From NCBI RefSeq assembly GCF_009914755.1, contig NC_060937.1: 64,000 nucleotides of DNA, one strand, 5' to 3'. Below the pieces are notes generated by a model. It did no database searches. It was not told the origin of the DNA and worked only from the letters and a program-made list of their open reading frames with translations. Positions 51,956-64,000 of this stretch are shown here, piece by piece; the first letter of the stretch is position 1, and every line of letters starts with the position of its first letter. This stretch comes from the human T2T-CHM13v2.0 reference genome, Homo sapiens. Made by a program: the position numbers and the translations under genes.

Positions 51956-54900
51956 ATGATGAAAGGATCAAATTCACACATAACAATATTAACCTTAAAT
52001 ATAAACAGGCTAAATGCTCCAATTAAAAGAAACAGATTGGAAAATTGGATAAAGAGTCAAGACCCATCAGTGTGTTGTATTCAAGGGACCCATCTCACAT
52101 TCAAAGATACACATAGGCTCAAAATAAAGGGATAGAAGAAAATTTACCAAGCAAATGCAAAGCAGAAGAAAAGCAGGGGCTGCAATTCTAGTCTCTGACA
52201 AAACAGACTTTAAACAAACAAAGATCAAAACAGACAAAGAAGGGCATTACATAATGGTAAAGGGATCAATTCAACAAGAAGAGCTAACTAAATATATATG
52301 CACCCCATACAGGAGCACCCAAATTCATAAAACAAGTTCTTAGAGACCTACAAAGAGACTTAGACTCCCAGCCAATAATAGTGGGAGATTTTAACACCCC
52401 ACTGTCAATATTAGACAGATCAATGAGACAGAAAATTAACAAGGATATTTAAGACTTGAACTCAGCTCTGGATCGAGTGGACCTAATAGATATCTACAGA
52501 ACTCTCCACTTCAAAACAACAGAATATACATTCCCCTAGTGTCACATCACACTTACTCTAAAATCAACCACATAATTGGAAGTAAAACACTCCTCAAAAA
52601 ATGCAAAGGAACTGAAATAATAACAAACAGTCTCTTGGACCACAGTGCAATCAAATTAGAACTCAGGGTTAAGAAGCTCTCTCAAAACCACACAACTACA
52701 TGGAAATTGAACAACCTGCTCTTGGGTAAATAATGAAATTCAGGCAGAAATCAAGAAGTTCTTTGAAACCAATGAGAACAAAGAGACAATGCACCAGAAT
52801 CTCTGGGACACAGCTAAAGCAGTGTTAACAGGGAAATGTATAGCATTAAATGTCCACATCAGAAAGCTGGGAAGATCTGAAATCAACATCCTAACATCAC
52901 AATTAAAAGAACTAGAGAAGCAAGAGCAAACACATTCAAAAGCTTGCAGAAGACAAGAAATAACTAAGATCAGAGCAGAACTGAAGGAGATAGAAACATG
53001 AAAAACCCTTCAAAAAATCAATAAATCCAGGAGCTGGTTTTTTGAAAAGATCAACATAATTGATAGACTGCTAGCAAGAAGAATAAAGAAGAAAAGAGAG
53101 AAGAATCAAATAGACACAATAAAAGATGATAAAGGGATATCACCATTGACCCCACAGAAATACAAACTACCATCACAGAATGCCATAAACACCTCTATGC
53201 AAATAAACTAGAAAGTCTAGAAGAAATGGATAAATTCCTGGACACATACACCCTCCCAAGACTAAACCAGGAAGAAGTCAAATCCCTGAATAGAACAATA
53301 ACAAGTTCTGAAATTGAGGCAGTAATAAATACCCTACCAACAAAAAAAAGCCCAAGACCAGACGGATTCACAGCCAAGTTCTACCAGAGGTACAAAGAGG
53401 AGCTTGTACCATTTCTTCAGAAACTATTCCAAACAATTGAAAAGGAGGGACTCTTTCCTAACACATTTTATGAGGGCAGCATCATCCTGATGCCAAAAGC
53501 TGGCAGAGACACGATAAAAAAAGAAAAGTTCAGGCCAATATCCCTGATGAACATCAGGGTAAAAATCCTCAATAAAATACTGGCAAACCAAATCCAGCAG
53601 CACATAAAAAAGCTTATCCACCATGATCAAATCGGCTTCATCCTTGAGATGCAAGGCTGGTTCAGTATACACAAATTGATAAACGTAATCCATCACATAA
53701 ACAGAACCAATGACAAAAATCACATGGTTATCTCAATAGATGCAGAAAAGACCTTTGATAAAATTCAACATCACTTCATGTTAAAAATGATCACTAAACT
53801 AGGTACTGTTGGAACATATCTCAAAATAATAAGAGCCATTTATGACAAACCCATAGCCAATATCATACTGAATGGGCAAAAGCTGGAACCATTCCGTTTG
53901 AAAACCAGCACAAGACAAGTATGCCCTCTCTCACCACTCCTGTTCAACACAGTATTGGAAGTTCTGGCCAGGGCAATCAAGCAAGAGAAAGAAATAAAGC
54001 GTATTCAAATAGGAAGAGAGGAAGTTAAATTGTCTGTTTGCAGATGACATGATCCTATATTTAGAAAACCCCACTGTCTCAGACCAAAAACTCATTAAAC
54101 TGATAAACAGCTTCAGCAAAGTCTCAGGATACAAAATCAATGTGCAAAAATCACAAGCACTCTTATACACCAACAATAGACAAGCAGAGAGCCAAATCAT
54201 GAATGAACTCCCATTCAAAATTGCTAAAAAGAGAATAAAATACCTAGGAATACAGCTAAGAAGGGATGTGAAGGACCTCTTCAAGGAGAACTGCACACCA
54301 CTGCTCAAGGAAATAAGAGAGGACAAAGACAAATGGAAAAACATTCCATTCTCATGGATAGGAAGAATCAGTATTGTGAAAATGGCCATACTGATCAAAA
54401 TAATTTATAGATTCAATGTTATTTCCATCAAACTGCCATTGACATTCTTCACAGAATTAGAAAAAAAACTACTTTAAAGTTCATATGGAACCAAAAGAGA
54501 GCCTGCATAGCCAAGACAATCCTAAGCAAAAAGAACAAAGCTGGAGGCATCACATTACCTAACTTCAAGCTATACTACAAGGCTGCAGTAACCAAAAGAG
54601 CATGGTAGTGGTATCAAAATAGACATATAGATCAATGGAACAGAATAGAGACCTCAGAAACAAGACCACACATCTACAACCACCTGATCTTTGATGAACC
54701 TGACAAAAACAAGCAATAAGGAAATAATTCCCTATTTAACAAAGGGTGCTGGGAAAACTGGCTAGCCATATGCAGAACACTGAAACTTGTACCCCTTCCT
54801 TACACATTATGCAAAAATTAACTAAAGACTTAAATGTAAAACCCAAAGCCATAAAAACACTAGAAGAAATCCTAGGTAATACCATTCAGGACATAGCCAT

Positions 54901-55752
54901 AGGCAAAAATTTTATGATGAAATCGTCAAAAGCAATTGTAACAAAAGCTAAAATTGACAAGTGGGATCCAATTAAACTAAAGAGCTTCTGCACAGCAAAA
55001 GAAACTGTCATCAGAGCGAACAGGCAACCTACAGAATGAGACAAAAATTTTGCAATCTATCCATCTGACAAAGGTCTAATATCCAGAATTTACAAGGAAC
55101 TTAAACAAATTTACAAGAAAAAAAACAAGGAACCTCATCAAAAAGTGGCCAAAGGACAGACACTTCTCAGAAGAAGACATTTATGCAGCCAACAAACATA
55201 CGAAAGAAAGCTCAACATCACTGATCATTAGAGAAATGCAAATCAAAACCACAGTGAGATACCATCTCATGCCAGTCAGAATGGCAATGGTTAAAAAGTC
55301 AAGAAACAACAGGTATTGGTGAGGCTGTGGAGGAATAGAAAGACTTTTACACTGTTTTTGGGAATATAAATTGGTTCAACCATTGTGGAAGACAGTGTGG
55401 CGATTTCTCAAGGATCTAGAACCGGAAATACCATTTGACCCAGCAATCCCATTACTGGGTATATACCCAAAGGAATATAAATCATTCTACTATAAAGATA
55501 TATGCATGCTTATGTTTATTGCAGCACTATTCACAATAGCAAGGATATGGAACCAATCGAAATGCCCATCAATAATAAACTGGATTAAGAAAATGTGGTA
55601 CATATACATCATGGAATACTATGCAGCCATAAAAAGAAATGAGATCATGTCCTTTGCAGGGACATGGATGAAACTGGAAGATATCATCCTCAGCAAAGTA
55701 ACACAGAAGCAGAAAACCAAACATCGCATGTTCTTTCATAAGTGGGCGTTGA
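51956..55752 (+). pseudogene. L1 ORF2p remnant (endonuclease / RT)
   Basis: [17 protein letters not shown]...[10 protein letters not shown]; RT FADDM at ~54038-54052 sits across a frameshift; C-terminal PLWKTVWRFL. Confidence 0.92.
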
Positions 55753-56869
55753 ACAATGAGAACACATGGACAAAGGGAGGGGAACAACACACACCAGGGC
55801 CTGTCAGTCGGGGAGGCGAGGGGAGGGAGAGCATCAAGACAAACAGCTAATGCACGTGAGGCTTAAAACCTAGGTGATGGGTTGATAGGTGCAGCAAACC
55901 ACCATGGCACACGTATACCTATGTAACAAACCTGCATGTTCTGCACTTGTATCCTGGAATTTAAAAAATAAATTAATAAATAAAAACAAATTCAAAAAAA
56001 CTTCACTCATAGGCTTTTAAAAGTCCTACAAAGCTATTACCAAAGTTTTGAAAAAGCTGTGCTTTGAAGAAAGAAGAATACATAAATTTTAAAAGATGTG
56101 TTTTTTACACACTTTTTTGGACAATAAACGTGTACTTCACACTTTATGCTTTCCACCCAATCTGTTCCACACCTATTATTAGTTCCCAACACCTGGTGAT
56201 ATTTGGGAAGAAAAAAAGATTGCACTTTAATTCTGACCTAATCCACATATGGCATTCCAGTTGTTTTAGGAGAGGTAGACCATGACCAGACTGTCCTGAG
56301 CTCCCAGGCTAGGAAAAGCAAGTGTTGGCAGGCACACCTAGGACCCATCCTCTGCTGGGGGCGTCCTGCCTTAGGTTTTCCCTAGGGTGCATTCTCGAGG
56401 TGGGAGTCACAGCCCGGCATTTGGGAGGATGAGAAGTTGCCTGTCTGTTCCTCACTTTTTCACGCCCTCTCCTCTCTTGGGAGTGCAGACCCATCATTAG
56501 CTGTGAAGTCATGCAGCCCTGTGCAGCCCTACTGATCACTTTCCTCTTCCCTGTGCCTTCCTGGCTGTGTGAGGGAGGGTTCCAGGGCATTAAGCCTGTG
56601 AAGAAGCCACTGCCCAGCAAGTATAACTGTGCCTTCTGACCAGGGCCCTGACTCAGTGCATCACCAGTCCCTAGCATGAGACCTGGTACTGGTGTGGCAG
56701 CTGTCATGTTGGTGTTGGGGAAGAAGTACAGCATGCTGGCCAGAGGCATGGCTCTGACCCCTGCCCAGCCCAGGGTTCACCCCTGGCTCTCCCCTCCAAG
56801 GCTGGAACAGATTTTGCTTAACTTCCCTTTGCCTCAACTTTCCTGTCTATACAATGAGGATGTTCCTGC

Positions 56870-57249
56870 TGCTATGGACTGAATCGTGTCCTACCCAAAT
56901 TCATGTGTTCAAGCCCTAACCCTTAATGTGACTGCATTTAAAATAGGACTTCCAGGAGGCAATGAAGGTTAAAATGAGGGCCTAAGGATGGGGTCCTAGT
57001 CCTACAGGATTGGTGCCGTATAAGAAGAGGAAGGTCTCTTTCCTCTCCATGCTCACACATCAAGGAAAGGCCATGTGAGGACAGTGGGAAGGTGGCCATC
57101 TGCAAGCCAGGAAGAGAGCCCTCACCAGGAGCCAACCCTGCTGGGTCTTAGTCTTAGGCTTTCCAGTGTTCAGAACTGTGAGGAAACAAATGTCTGTTGT
57201 TTCAGCCACCCAGTCTGTGGTGTTTGTTACTGCAGCCTGAGCTAGGTCA
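56870..57249 (+). mobile_element. MLT1B-like MaLR LTR inserted into a MIR (56740-56869 and 57250-57310)
   Basis: Starts TGCTATGGACTGAATCGTGTCC; perfect TSD CCTGC (56865-56869, 57250-57254). Confidence 0.85.
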
Positions 57250-57779
57250 CCTGCCCTGTAGAACCACTGGGAGATGTGAGATGAAGGTGGCCTAGCACCT
57301 GGCACAGGGTACATCTTGCAGGGTGGCTCTTACCCCCACAAGAGCTAGCTTCAGAGTCTCTAAGTCCACTGTACTCCCAGGATCATTTTCTCATCTGTCC
57401 CTTTCACGACAGGTGTGAGGCTAAGAGAAAGCCCTGTGGAGACTGAAAAGCCATGTGCACCTGTAAAGCCCAGGTGAGGCCTGGACTCAGACCCACTACA
57501 GTATGCAGAGGTGGATCACTAGTTCTGCCTTTCTATGGACACCCCAGGGGCTCTGAAGTAGACTTTGAAAGGAGTGTTAGGGTAGAGGGACAGCTCTCTA
57601 AGCCCTGAGAACTCAGAGAACTGATTTGAAGTAGGGGAGACAGAGGAAGGATGTCCATTATTCTTCAGAACACAAAGGTAGATTAAAAGGGCTACTGGAG
57701 TAGCCCCTGTTCCAGCCCTCATGTTAATTCTTTAAAGAACTTGCAGTGAGTTCAGCTTTCAGAAAGCTGTTCACTGTTT

Positions 57780-58090
57780 GTCTATTTCTTTCTTTTATGT
57801 ATTAATTTGTGAATATCTGCTATGAACGACTCTAGGTAGATGCTGGGAGTAGAATGTGGAGGAAAAGAGAAATTATCTCTGCCATGTGGAATGCAGAGAC
57901 TATCAACAATACTGCAAATAAAAATATGATGACAAATTATGATGAGTTCTATGAAGGGGAAAAATAGAACTATGAGTGGGGACTTGAAGGGAAAGCCACT
58001 TTAGCTTGGTTGTTCTGGGAAATCGTCTTTGAGGGAACAGAATGTGAGCCAAGGCCTAAAGGACAAAGTGGAGCCGTGAGCACATGTGAC
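57780..58090 (-). mobile_element. L2 fragment
   Basis: TATCTGCTATG...CTCTAGGTAGATGCTGGG...AGTTCTATGAAGG...GAGCCAAGGCCTAAAGGA, antisense L2-like. Confidence 0.5.
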
Positions 58091-58665
58091 ATTCTGTGGA
58101 GACCATAGGGACATGGTGAGAGAGTCTGAAAAAGACAAATGCAACTAAATAAGCAAAAAACACCTTAGAACTCCAGAAGTTGTAGAAAATGAATAGAAAT
58201 GCAAATGATCTTGTCCATAGAAATGCAGATTGTGTCCAGTAGAATGCAATTAATTATTGCCCTGTGGATAGTGACCAGTTTTGCATCTATTTATAAATTC
58301 ATTTCTATATTCTTTGTAGGACCTGAAATGCGGTAGTCATTTATAGTCACAAACAACTGTATAAATATGACTAGAGTCATTCCTTACATGACTATAAAAC
58401 TTTGAATTCTTCTTTGTAACATCTCTATGTCTGAACATCTGAGCACTATATGTCTTGTGATTGTTTGTGCACAATTCAAAGCAGTCTTTACCTCTTGTGG
58501 GAGTGTGTAAATGTTTTCTTATCTCTGGATGGTTGTACAGCAAAATAAACTTTAGATCACAGCCAAATATTGGGAGATCAGGGATTCTCTGGATAGAAGG
58601 GAACTCCCAGGCCTCAGCAAATTGTCCTGTTGGTTTGAGCCATAAAGATAGCTTTAAGAGATCGC

Positions 58666-58823
58666 TCAAATTGAGTTAATTAAGGTATAATTTGTGGACA
58701 CCTAGATGATTTCTAAGTAAGACAGAATATTGAAACACTGATTACTGAGCATAATTTTAAGTTTATATACTTTTGATTATTTTTATATGCTAGATAGAGG
58801 CTACATCTTTGGGTCATGCTAAT
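58666..58823 (+). repeat. 158-bp dispersed direct repeat, copy 1 (copy 2 at 60354-60511)
   Basis: Gap-free manual alignment gives 148/158 identity. Confidence 0.92.
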
Positions 58824-59494
58824 GAACTAAGCACGGTAGGAGATTTGTCAAAGGTCAGGGGCACTTCCACTCAGAGTCCCTTTGTGGTTGCCCAATTGTA
58901 AACCAAGAGGTATCTGAGACAGTTCTCAATCAACTTAGAAAGTGTATTTTGCCAAGGTTAAGGACATGCCCGTGACACAGCCTCAGGAGGTCTTGATGAC
59001 ATTTGCCCAAGGTGGTTGGGGGCACAGCTTGGTTTTATACATTTTAGGGAGACATAAGGCATCAATTAATATACGTAAGGTGTACATTGCTTCGGTCTGG
59101 AAAGGCGGGACAGCTCAACTTGGGGAGGAAACATCCAGGTCATAGGTAGTTAAGAGACAAATGATTGCATTCTTTTGAGTTTCTGATTAACCTTTAACTG
59201 AATGCACAATTTATAGGAATAGTCATTTATGCCTTAGTCTGGCTTAGTGAAACAAGAGGGCAAAGGAAGCAATCAGATATGCATTTGTTTCACTTGAGCA
59301 GAGGGATGACTTTGATTTCTGTGTGCCCTTCATCCACAAAGAATTTCCTTGTGGGCAAACTGTGAGGGAGGTATGTAGCTTTTTTTATCTTGGTACCTGT
59401 CTTATTTAGGAATAGAAAGGGCGGCAGGTTTGCAGCTCCCAGCTTGTCTTTTCCCTTTGGCTTAGTGATTTTGGGGTTCCAAGATTTATTTTCT

Positions 59495-59797
<303 letters not shown>

Positions 59798-59970
59798 AAG
59801 ATTTATTTTCCTATCACAGTATTGATAAGTTAAATTATAAAATATCTTAAGTTTAAGGCGGTCTGTCTGGCTTACAGAAATAAATAAGCACTTATATAAA
59901 GTGAAAATTTCTAAAACTTCAAAAAAATAAGGAAATTGAACTTCATTAATGAAAGCATGCTTTAAATGTA

Positions 59971-59994
59971 GTGTGTGTGTGTGTGTGTGTGTGT
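59971..59994. repeat. (GT)12 microsatellite
   Basis: Read directly. Confidence 0.9.
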
Positions 59995-60353
59995 ACAAAA
60001 TCCAATTCAGAAGTGTTCTAAGAATTCAAGTTTAAAGAATAAGCAAAACTTTGGTAAATGAGACTAATTCAATCCAGTCTAAAATCTAGTTTTAAAAGAG
60101 CTCTCCCTGATTTATCAGTGTTAAGTAGAATACCTAACTACTTGGGTTTATTCTTCCTAAACTAAAACAAGTTTACTGATCAAATCAGCTAATATTGCTC
60201 CCTTGTAATATATAAGATTATAAAAAAAGTAAGTTTTTCGGTAAATGGAATCCTTATTCTGATGAGCTGTTTTCTTCAATGGCTGTTGTGTTGCACCGTC
60301 AGCTTGAAAATAGTTTTCAAGATCTTTACATAACCTAAGATCTTAGAGTGATT

Positions 60354-60511
60354 TCAAACTGAGTTAATTAAGGTGTAATTTGTGAATACCTGGATGATTT
60401 CTAAGTAAGATAGAATATTGAAACTCTGATTACTGAGCATAATTTTAAGTTTATATACTTTTGCTTATTTTTATATGCTAGATAGAGGCAATATCTTTGG
60501 GTCATGCTAAT
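60354..60511 (+). repeat. 158-bp dispersed direct repeat, copy 2
   Basis: See 58666-58823. Confidence 0.92.
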
Positions 60512-60609
60512 AAACATGTTCATTTTTGCTACATTGGAAAGGGATGTGTCTGGCTTGTAGAAAGTGGTATGAAGACATTGCTAGGATGCTAACATGTTCA
60601 CGTATGACA

Positions 60610-61093
60610 GGCAGTGAAACAGAACTCTCGGGATATTCAGATCTAGAGAGAGAGATTTCGTATAGGGAACTGGCTCCCATGATCACGGAGGTTGACGAGC
60701 CCAAGGTCTGCAGTCAACAACCTGGAGACCCAGGAGAGCCCCTCCTGCGGTATAAGTTCCAGGCCAAGCTGTCAGGCTTCAGACCCCAAAAGGGCCGATG
60801 TTTCAGTTTGAGTCCAATGGCAGGACAAGACCGATGTTCAGCCCAAGGTAGTGAGGGAAAGGAGTTCCCTCTTAGTTGGCATGGGCAGGAGGCAGTCTTT
60901 TTTGTCCCATTCAGGCCTGAACTGGTTGGGTGAGGCCACCCGCATTGTGGAGGGCCATGTGCTTTGGCCAGTCCACGGATTCAAATGTTAGTCTCAACCG
61001 GAAACACCTTCACGGACACACCCAGAGTAACATTTGACTAAATACAGGGTAGCCTGCGGCCCAGTCAAGATAGCACACAGAATTCAGCACCAC
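60610..61093 (-). mobile_element. MLT2 (ERVL) LTR
   Basis: AGGGAACTGGCTCCCATGATCACGGAGG...GGAGACCCAGGAGAGCC...ACACACCCAGAGTAACATTTGAC...GGCCCAGTCAAG; antisense homolog of 874-1454. Confidence 0.8.
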
Positions 61094-61212
61094 CCTAGCC
61101 CCCAGGTTTCTATTCTGAAATATAGGTGAACACACTCGTAGCAGCAACAGCAGGGAGACGCATCCAGGCCTGCCTGTGGTTTTGGTAAGGAGAAAGGTAG
61201 TTTTGTCCTCAA

Positions 61213-61455
61213 ATGGTGGTTTTACCTTTTTGATCTCTGGGCACCTTTAACACTCTTAGAACTTAACAAAGACCTCAGCTTCTGTTTATGTAGGTCATAG
61301 CCATATTTATTACATTCAACACTGAGGTTGAGAACTTTTAAAAAAATATGTATTGTTTCACTGGAAAGCAGCAATAATAAACACATTGCATGTTAACATA
61401 AATGAAATCTCAATATTATTGCAAAATCAATTTTGACCTCGTAGACCCTCTGAGA
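61213..61455. mobile_element. hAT-Charlie MITE (MER119-like), internally deleted
   Basis: CTTTTTGATCTC...CTTTAACACTCTTAGAA...TGTTTATGTAGGT...TTTTGACCTCGTAGACCC. Confidence 0.5.
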
Positions 61456-61599
61456 TCTGTTTCAGAATAGGATCATCATGAAGGACAAAAATTGGAAAAA
61501 GATTTTTATTTGCCTGATTTTATGATATCTGAATCTGAAAATAAAGGCTTTGAAATGTGTAAAATCTCAGCGAGGGCCACTGAATTTTGATGGGCTTGC

Positions 61600-61988
61600 C
61601 CCGTGGTGACTGTTTCCGACCTTTCCCTACAATATGCAGGGTCATCTTCCCTTCTCAGTCACCCTCGATGTCTGAGTGGGCTTCTCAGCCTCCATGGTCG
61701 CCAGGTGACATCCAAGCATCCTGCCTGCCTTCCCCAGGAATCCTGCTAGGTGGATTTGGCCACAATCCCCCATGGCCCTGAGATTTCCGCTTACTCATTT
61801 TCCATCCACTGACCCCACCCTACTCCTTAGCTACAAATTCCAAGTGCTTGTGCTGTCATCAGAGCTGAGCTCATCTCCCTCCACTGCGAGACCCACAGCA
61901 GCAGTCCCTGAACCTGTGGCCACTGCCCCTTGAGTAAATTCTGCTTTCCCTCTTCAGCAAGTATCATTGGATCATTTTTCTCTTTCGC
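61600..61988 (+). mobile_element. MER31-like ERV1 LTR fragment
   Basis: TTTTCCATCCACTGACCCCACCCTACTCCTTAGCTACAAATTCC...GAGCTGAGCTCA. Confidence 0.55.
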
Positions 61989-62113
61989 CGTAGCTTTAGC
62001 TGAGTAATTGGAAGTTTCAAGCCTTCAAAAACACAAGAAACGCCTGCTGTACCCTACTTGCAGGGATGTGTAGAATCAGGTGCAATAATGTGAATCAAAG
62101 TATATTTAAATAT

Positions 62114-62485
62114 TGTGGAAGTAAAAGGAGACCACTCAGACGAGAAACGCAGAACCTATCATTCGGAGCTTGCTGTAGCGAGGGCATCAGCTGCCGTCTC
62201 AAGAGCTTGAGAGGTACTGGAAGGCAGGCAGGGGAGTGGGAGAGATTTATGATGAAGACAAGGGGAGGCTCCTGCAGGCACGCCCTGAAGGTGGCTGTTG
62301 GCCTGAGGATGCTGCAGGCTGTGGCTGAATGAGGCACGCCGTGTGACCGGTGAGGGAGCGTGTTTGGCTCTCTATTCTTGCTCCTGAGTTGGAAGTAGGG
62401 ACAAAAATTTGGGAAATTATTAATCTAGTCTGGACCATCGGGCCGATTGTTCCAGAATTATTGTTTGCAATCTGACTTCCTGCAA
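62114..62485 (-). mobile_element. Old ERV1-type LTR (MER90-like)
   Basis: Antisense homolog of 11262-11785. Confidence 0.55.
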
Positions 62486-63423
62486 GTTTGACCTGCATTA
62501 GACGGCTGCCCAGGCTGGGCTTTGTGTCTCCACCCGGAGCTGGCTTCCGGGGCAGCAGCTGCAGGCTGTGTGTCCAAGCTCTGTTTTTATGTCTGCCCTG
62601 GCCACTGTCCATGTGTACATTTCGTTTCTCCACATGTATTAAAGTACTAATAATAATTCCTAATATGTGACTAAACTGATTTATGACATTAGTGTCCAAT
62701 ATTTCTGAAAATAGAGTATTTTTAAGCAAAATTCCAAAATATTAATTGAACTAAATAGACACTTTCCCAGAAACTTCCTTCAGAAAGCAACAGCTGCTGC
62801 TATTTAAAGATTTCCCTGAAATCAACTGCCCGGAAAGTTGAGCTGGTTTAATTGTGAGGTCCTCCGGGCTCGGGCTCAGCAGAGAGGGTGGGAGTAGGAA
62901 CAGGTGGCTGGACTCAGTACCCAGGCCACTCTGTGCCCGGTGCCTGATTCTTCTATCAGAAGTCACAGAATTGGGAAGGAGCTCAAAAAGGGGCTTGTCC
63001 GGACCTCTCCCTGGAAGAGTACGTCTACATTATTTGTTAAGCAGTTCTACTGAGACCACAATCATCTTACTTGGCAGCTGATTGTGGATTCTAACTTCCA
63101 GAAAAGTCAAGTGGGAGGAGAAATTATATGAGGAGCCAAAGGCAGCCATGGGAACAAGGCAAGGAGTCTGTCTGTGGGACTGAAGGCTCCACACGAGGAC
63201 GTCGCGACTGTTCTGGAGCCTTCGCTGGCTGAGGCTGAGTCATAGGAGACTGTACTGTCAGCGGGAGACCTCCCACCAGGCCTGAATTGGCCGACCTCAC
63301 AGTAACACACACTCAAAAGCCCTTGGCTAAACACTCTTATTCCTGTCCTCTCTTTAAGACTTCACTTTCTTAGCAGCAGGCGTTGCCAAGGGATTTTGTT
63401 ATTTTTAATAGCTTTATGGGATA

Positions 63424-63805
63424 TGTAATAGTCTGTTTTCACACCGCTAAAAAGAGCTACCTGAGACTGGGTAATTTATGAAGAAAATACGTTTAATCAC
63501 CTCAAAGTTCCATAGGCAGTACAGGAAGCATGGCTGGGAGGCCTCAGGAAACTTACAATCATGGTAGAATGCAAATGGGAAGGAAGCAAGTCTTTGTATG
63601 GTGGGGCAGGAGACAGAGAGAGAGCAAAAGGGGAAGTGCTACACACTTACAAACCACCAGATCTCGTGAGAACTCACTATCCTGAGAGCAGCACGGAGGA
63701 AAGTGCCCCCATGATACAATCACCTCCCACCAGGTCCCTCCCCCAACACTGAGGATTACAATTCAGCATGAGATTTGGGTGGGGACACAGAGCCAAACCA
63801 TATCA
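63424..63805 (-). mobile_element. MSTA MaLR LTR inserted in an antisense L1 3' fragment (63400-63895)
   Basis: TGTAATAGTCTGTTTTCACAC...GGGGACACAGAGCCAAACCATATCA. Confidence 0.88.
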
Positions 63806-64000
63806 GGGTGCAAGTGCATACATAGCTTGTGTAGTGGTGAAGTCAGGGCATTTAGAGCATCCATTACTAGAATGACATGTTGTACCCATTCAAATATTAT
63901 TTTTAATGCACTTTAGAAAATCTCAAGCGTATATAAAAATTGTCACTTGCACTACAATAAAATGCTTCCCCTCACCCTAACCATTTGAGAATAAGTTGAG

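Larger units (their letters stand above)
50169..56000 (+). mobile_element. LINE-1, L1PA8-L1PA10 age, near full length (5'UTR incomplete), inactive
   Basis: Partial 5'UTR, ORF1, spacer, ORF2, short 3'UTR (GGCTTAAAACCTAGGTGATGGGTTGATAGGTGCAGCAAACCACCATGGCAC) and A-rich tail. Confidence 0.93.

Noticed and set aside
53226-54477. Functional L1 reverse transcriptase
   Set aside because: ORF2 is fragmented; a frameshift falls at the FADD motif, and both ORF1 and the endonuclease are broken.

Overview
Primate (human-like) genomic DNA, non-coding and repeat-dense, with no complete host gene. The first ~14 kb is GC-rich; most of 29-47 kb is AT-rich. Mobile elements include a solo LTR7C (HERV-H), a complete MER41A provirus (4-bp TSD, three Alu insertions) and a 3'-truncated HERV-I (LTR10F/HERVIP10F) provirus with decayed gag-pro-pol. 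Also present are a near-full-length decayed L1PA8-10-type LINE-1, many MaLR/ERVL/ERV1 LTRs (several nested, with readable TSDs), five Alus in total, and MIR, L2 and hAT fragments. The most unusual feature is missing from the ORF track: an intact, CpG-rich, splice-acceptor-bearing copy of the last coding exon of TUBGCP3 (46253-46411, +), with no upstream TUBGCP3 exon recognisable in the preceding 46 kb. Its core looks young or homogenised while the distal 3'UTR looks old. This suggests an old duplicate maintained by gene conversion, and possibly an inversion-switchable 3' end. Other points of interest are an LTR10F with a 45-bp higher-order VNTR carrying 8 AP-1 sites, a triple TCAAGGTCA nuclear-receptor array, and a 158-bp locally templated insertion. 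Repeat subfamily names and TUBGCP3 comparisons come from recalled reference sequences, not from a database search.
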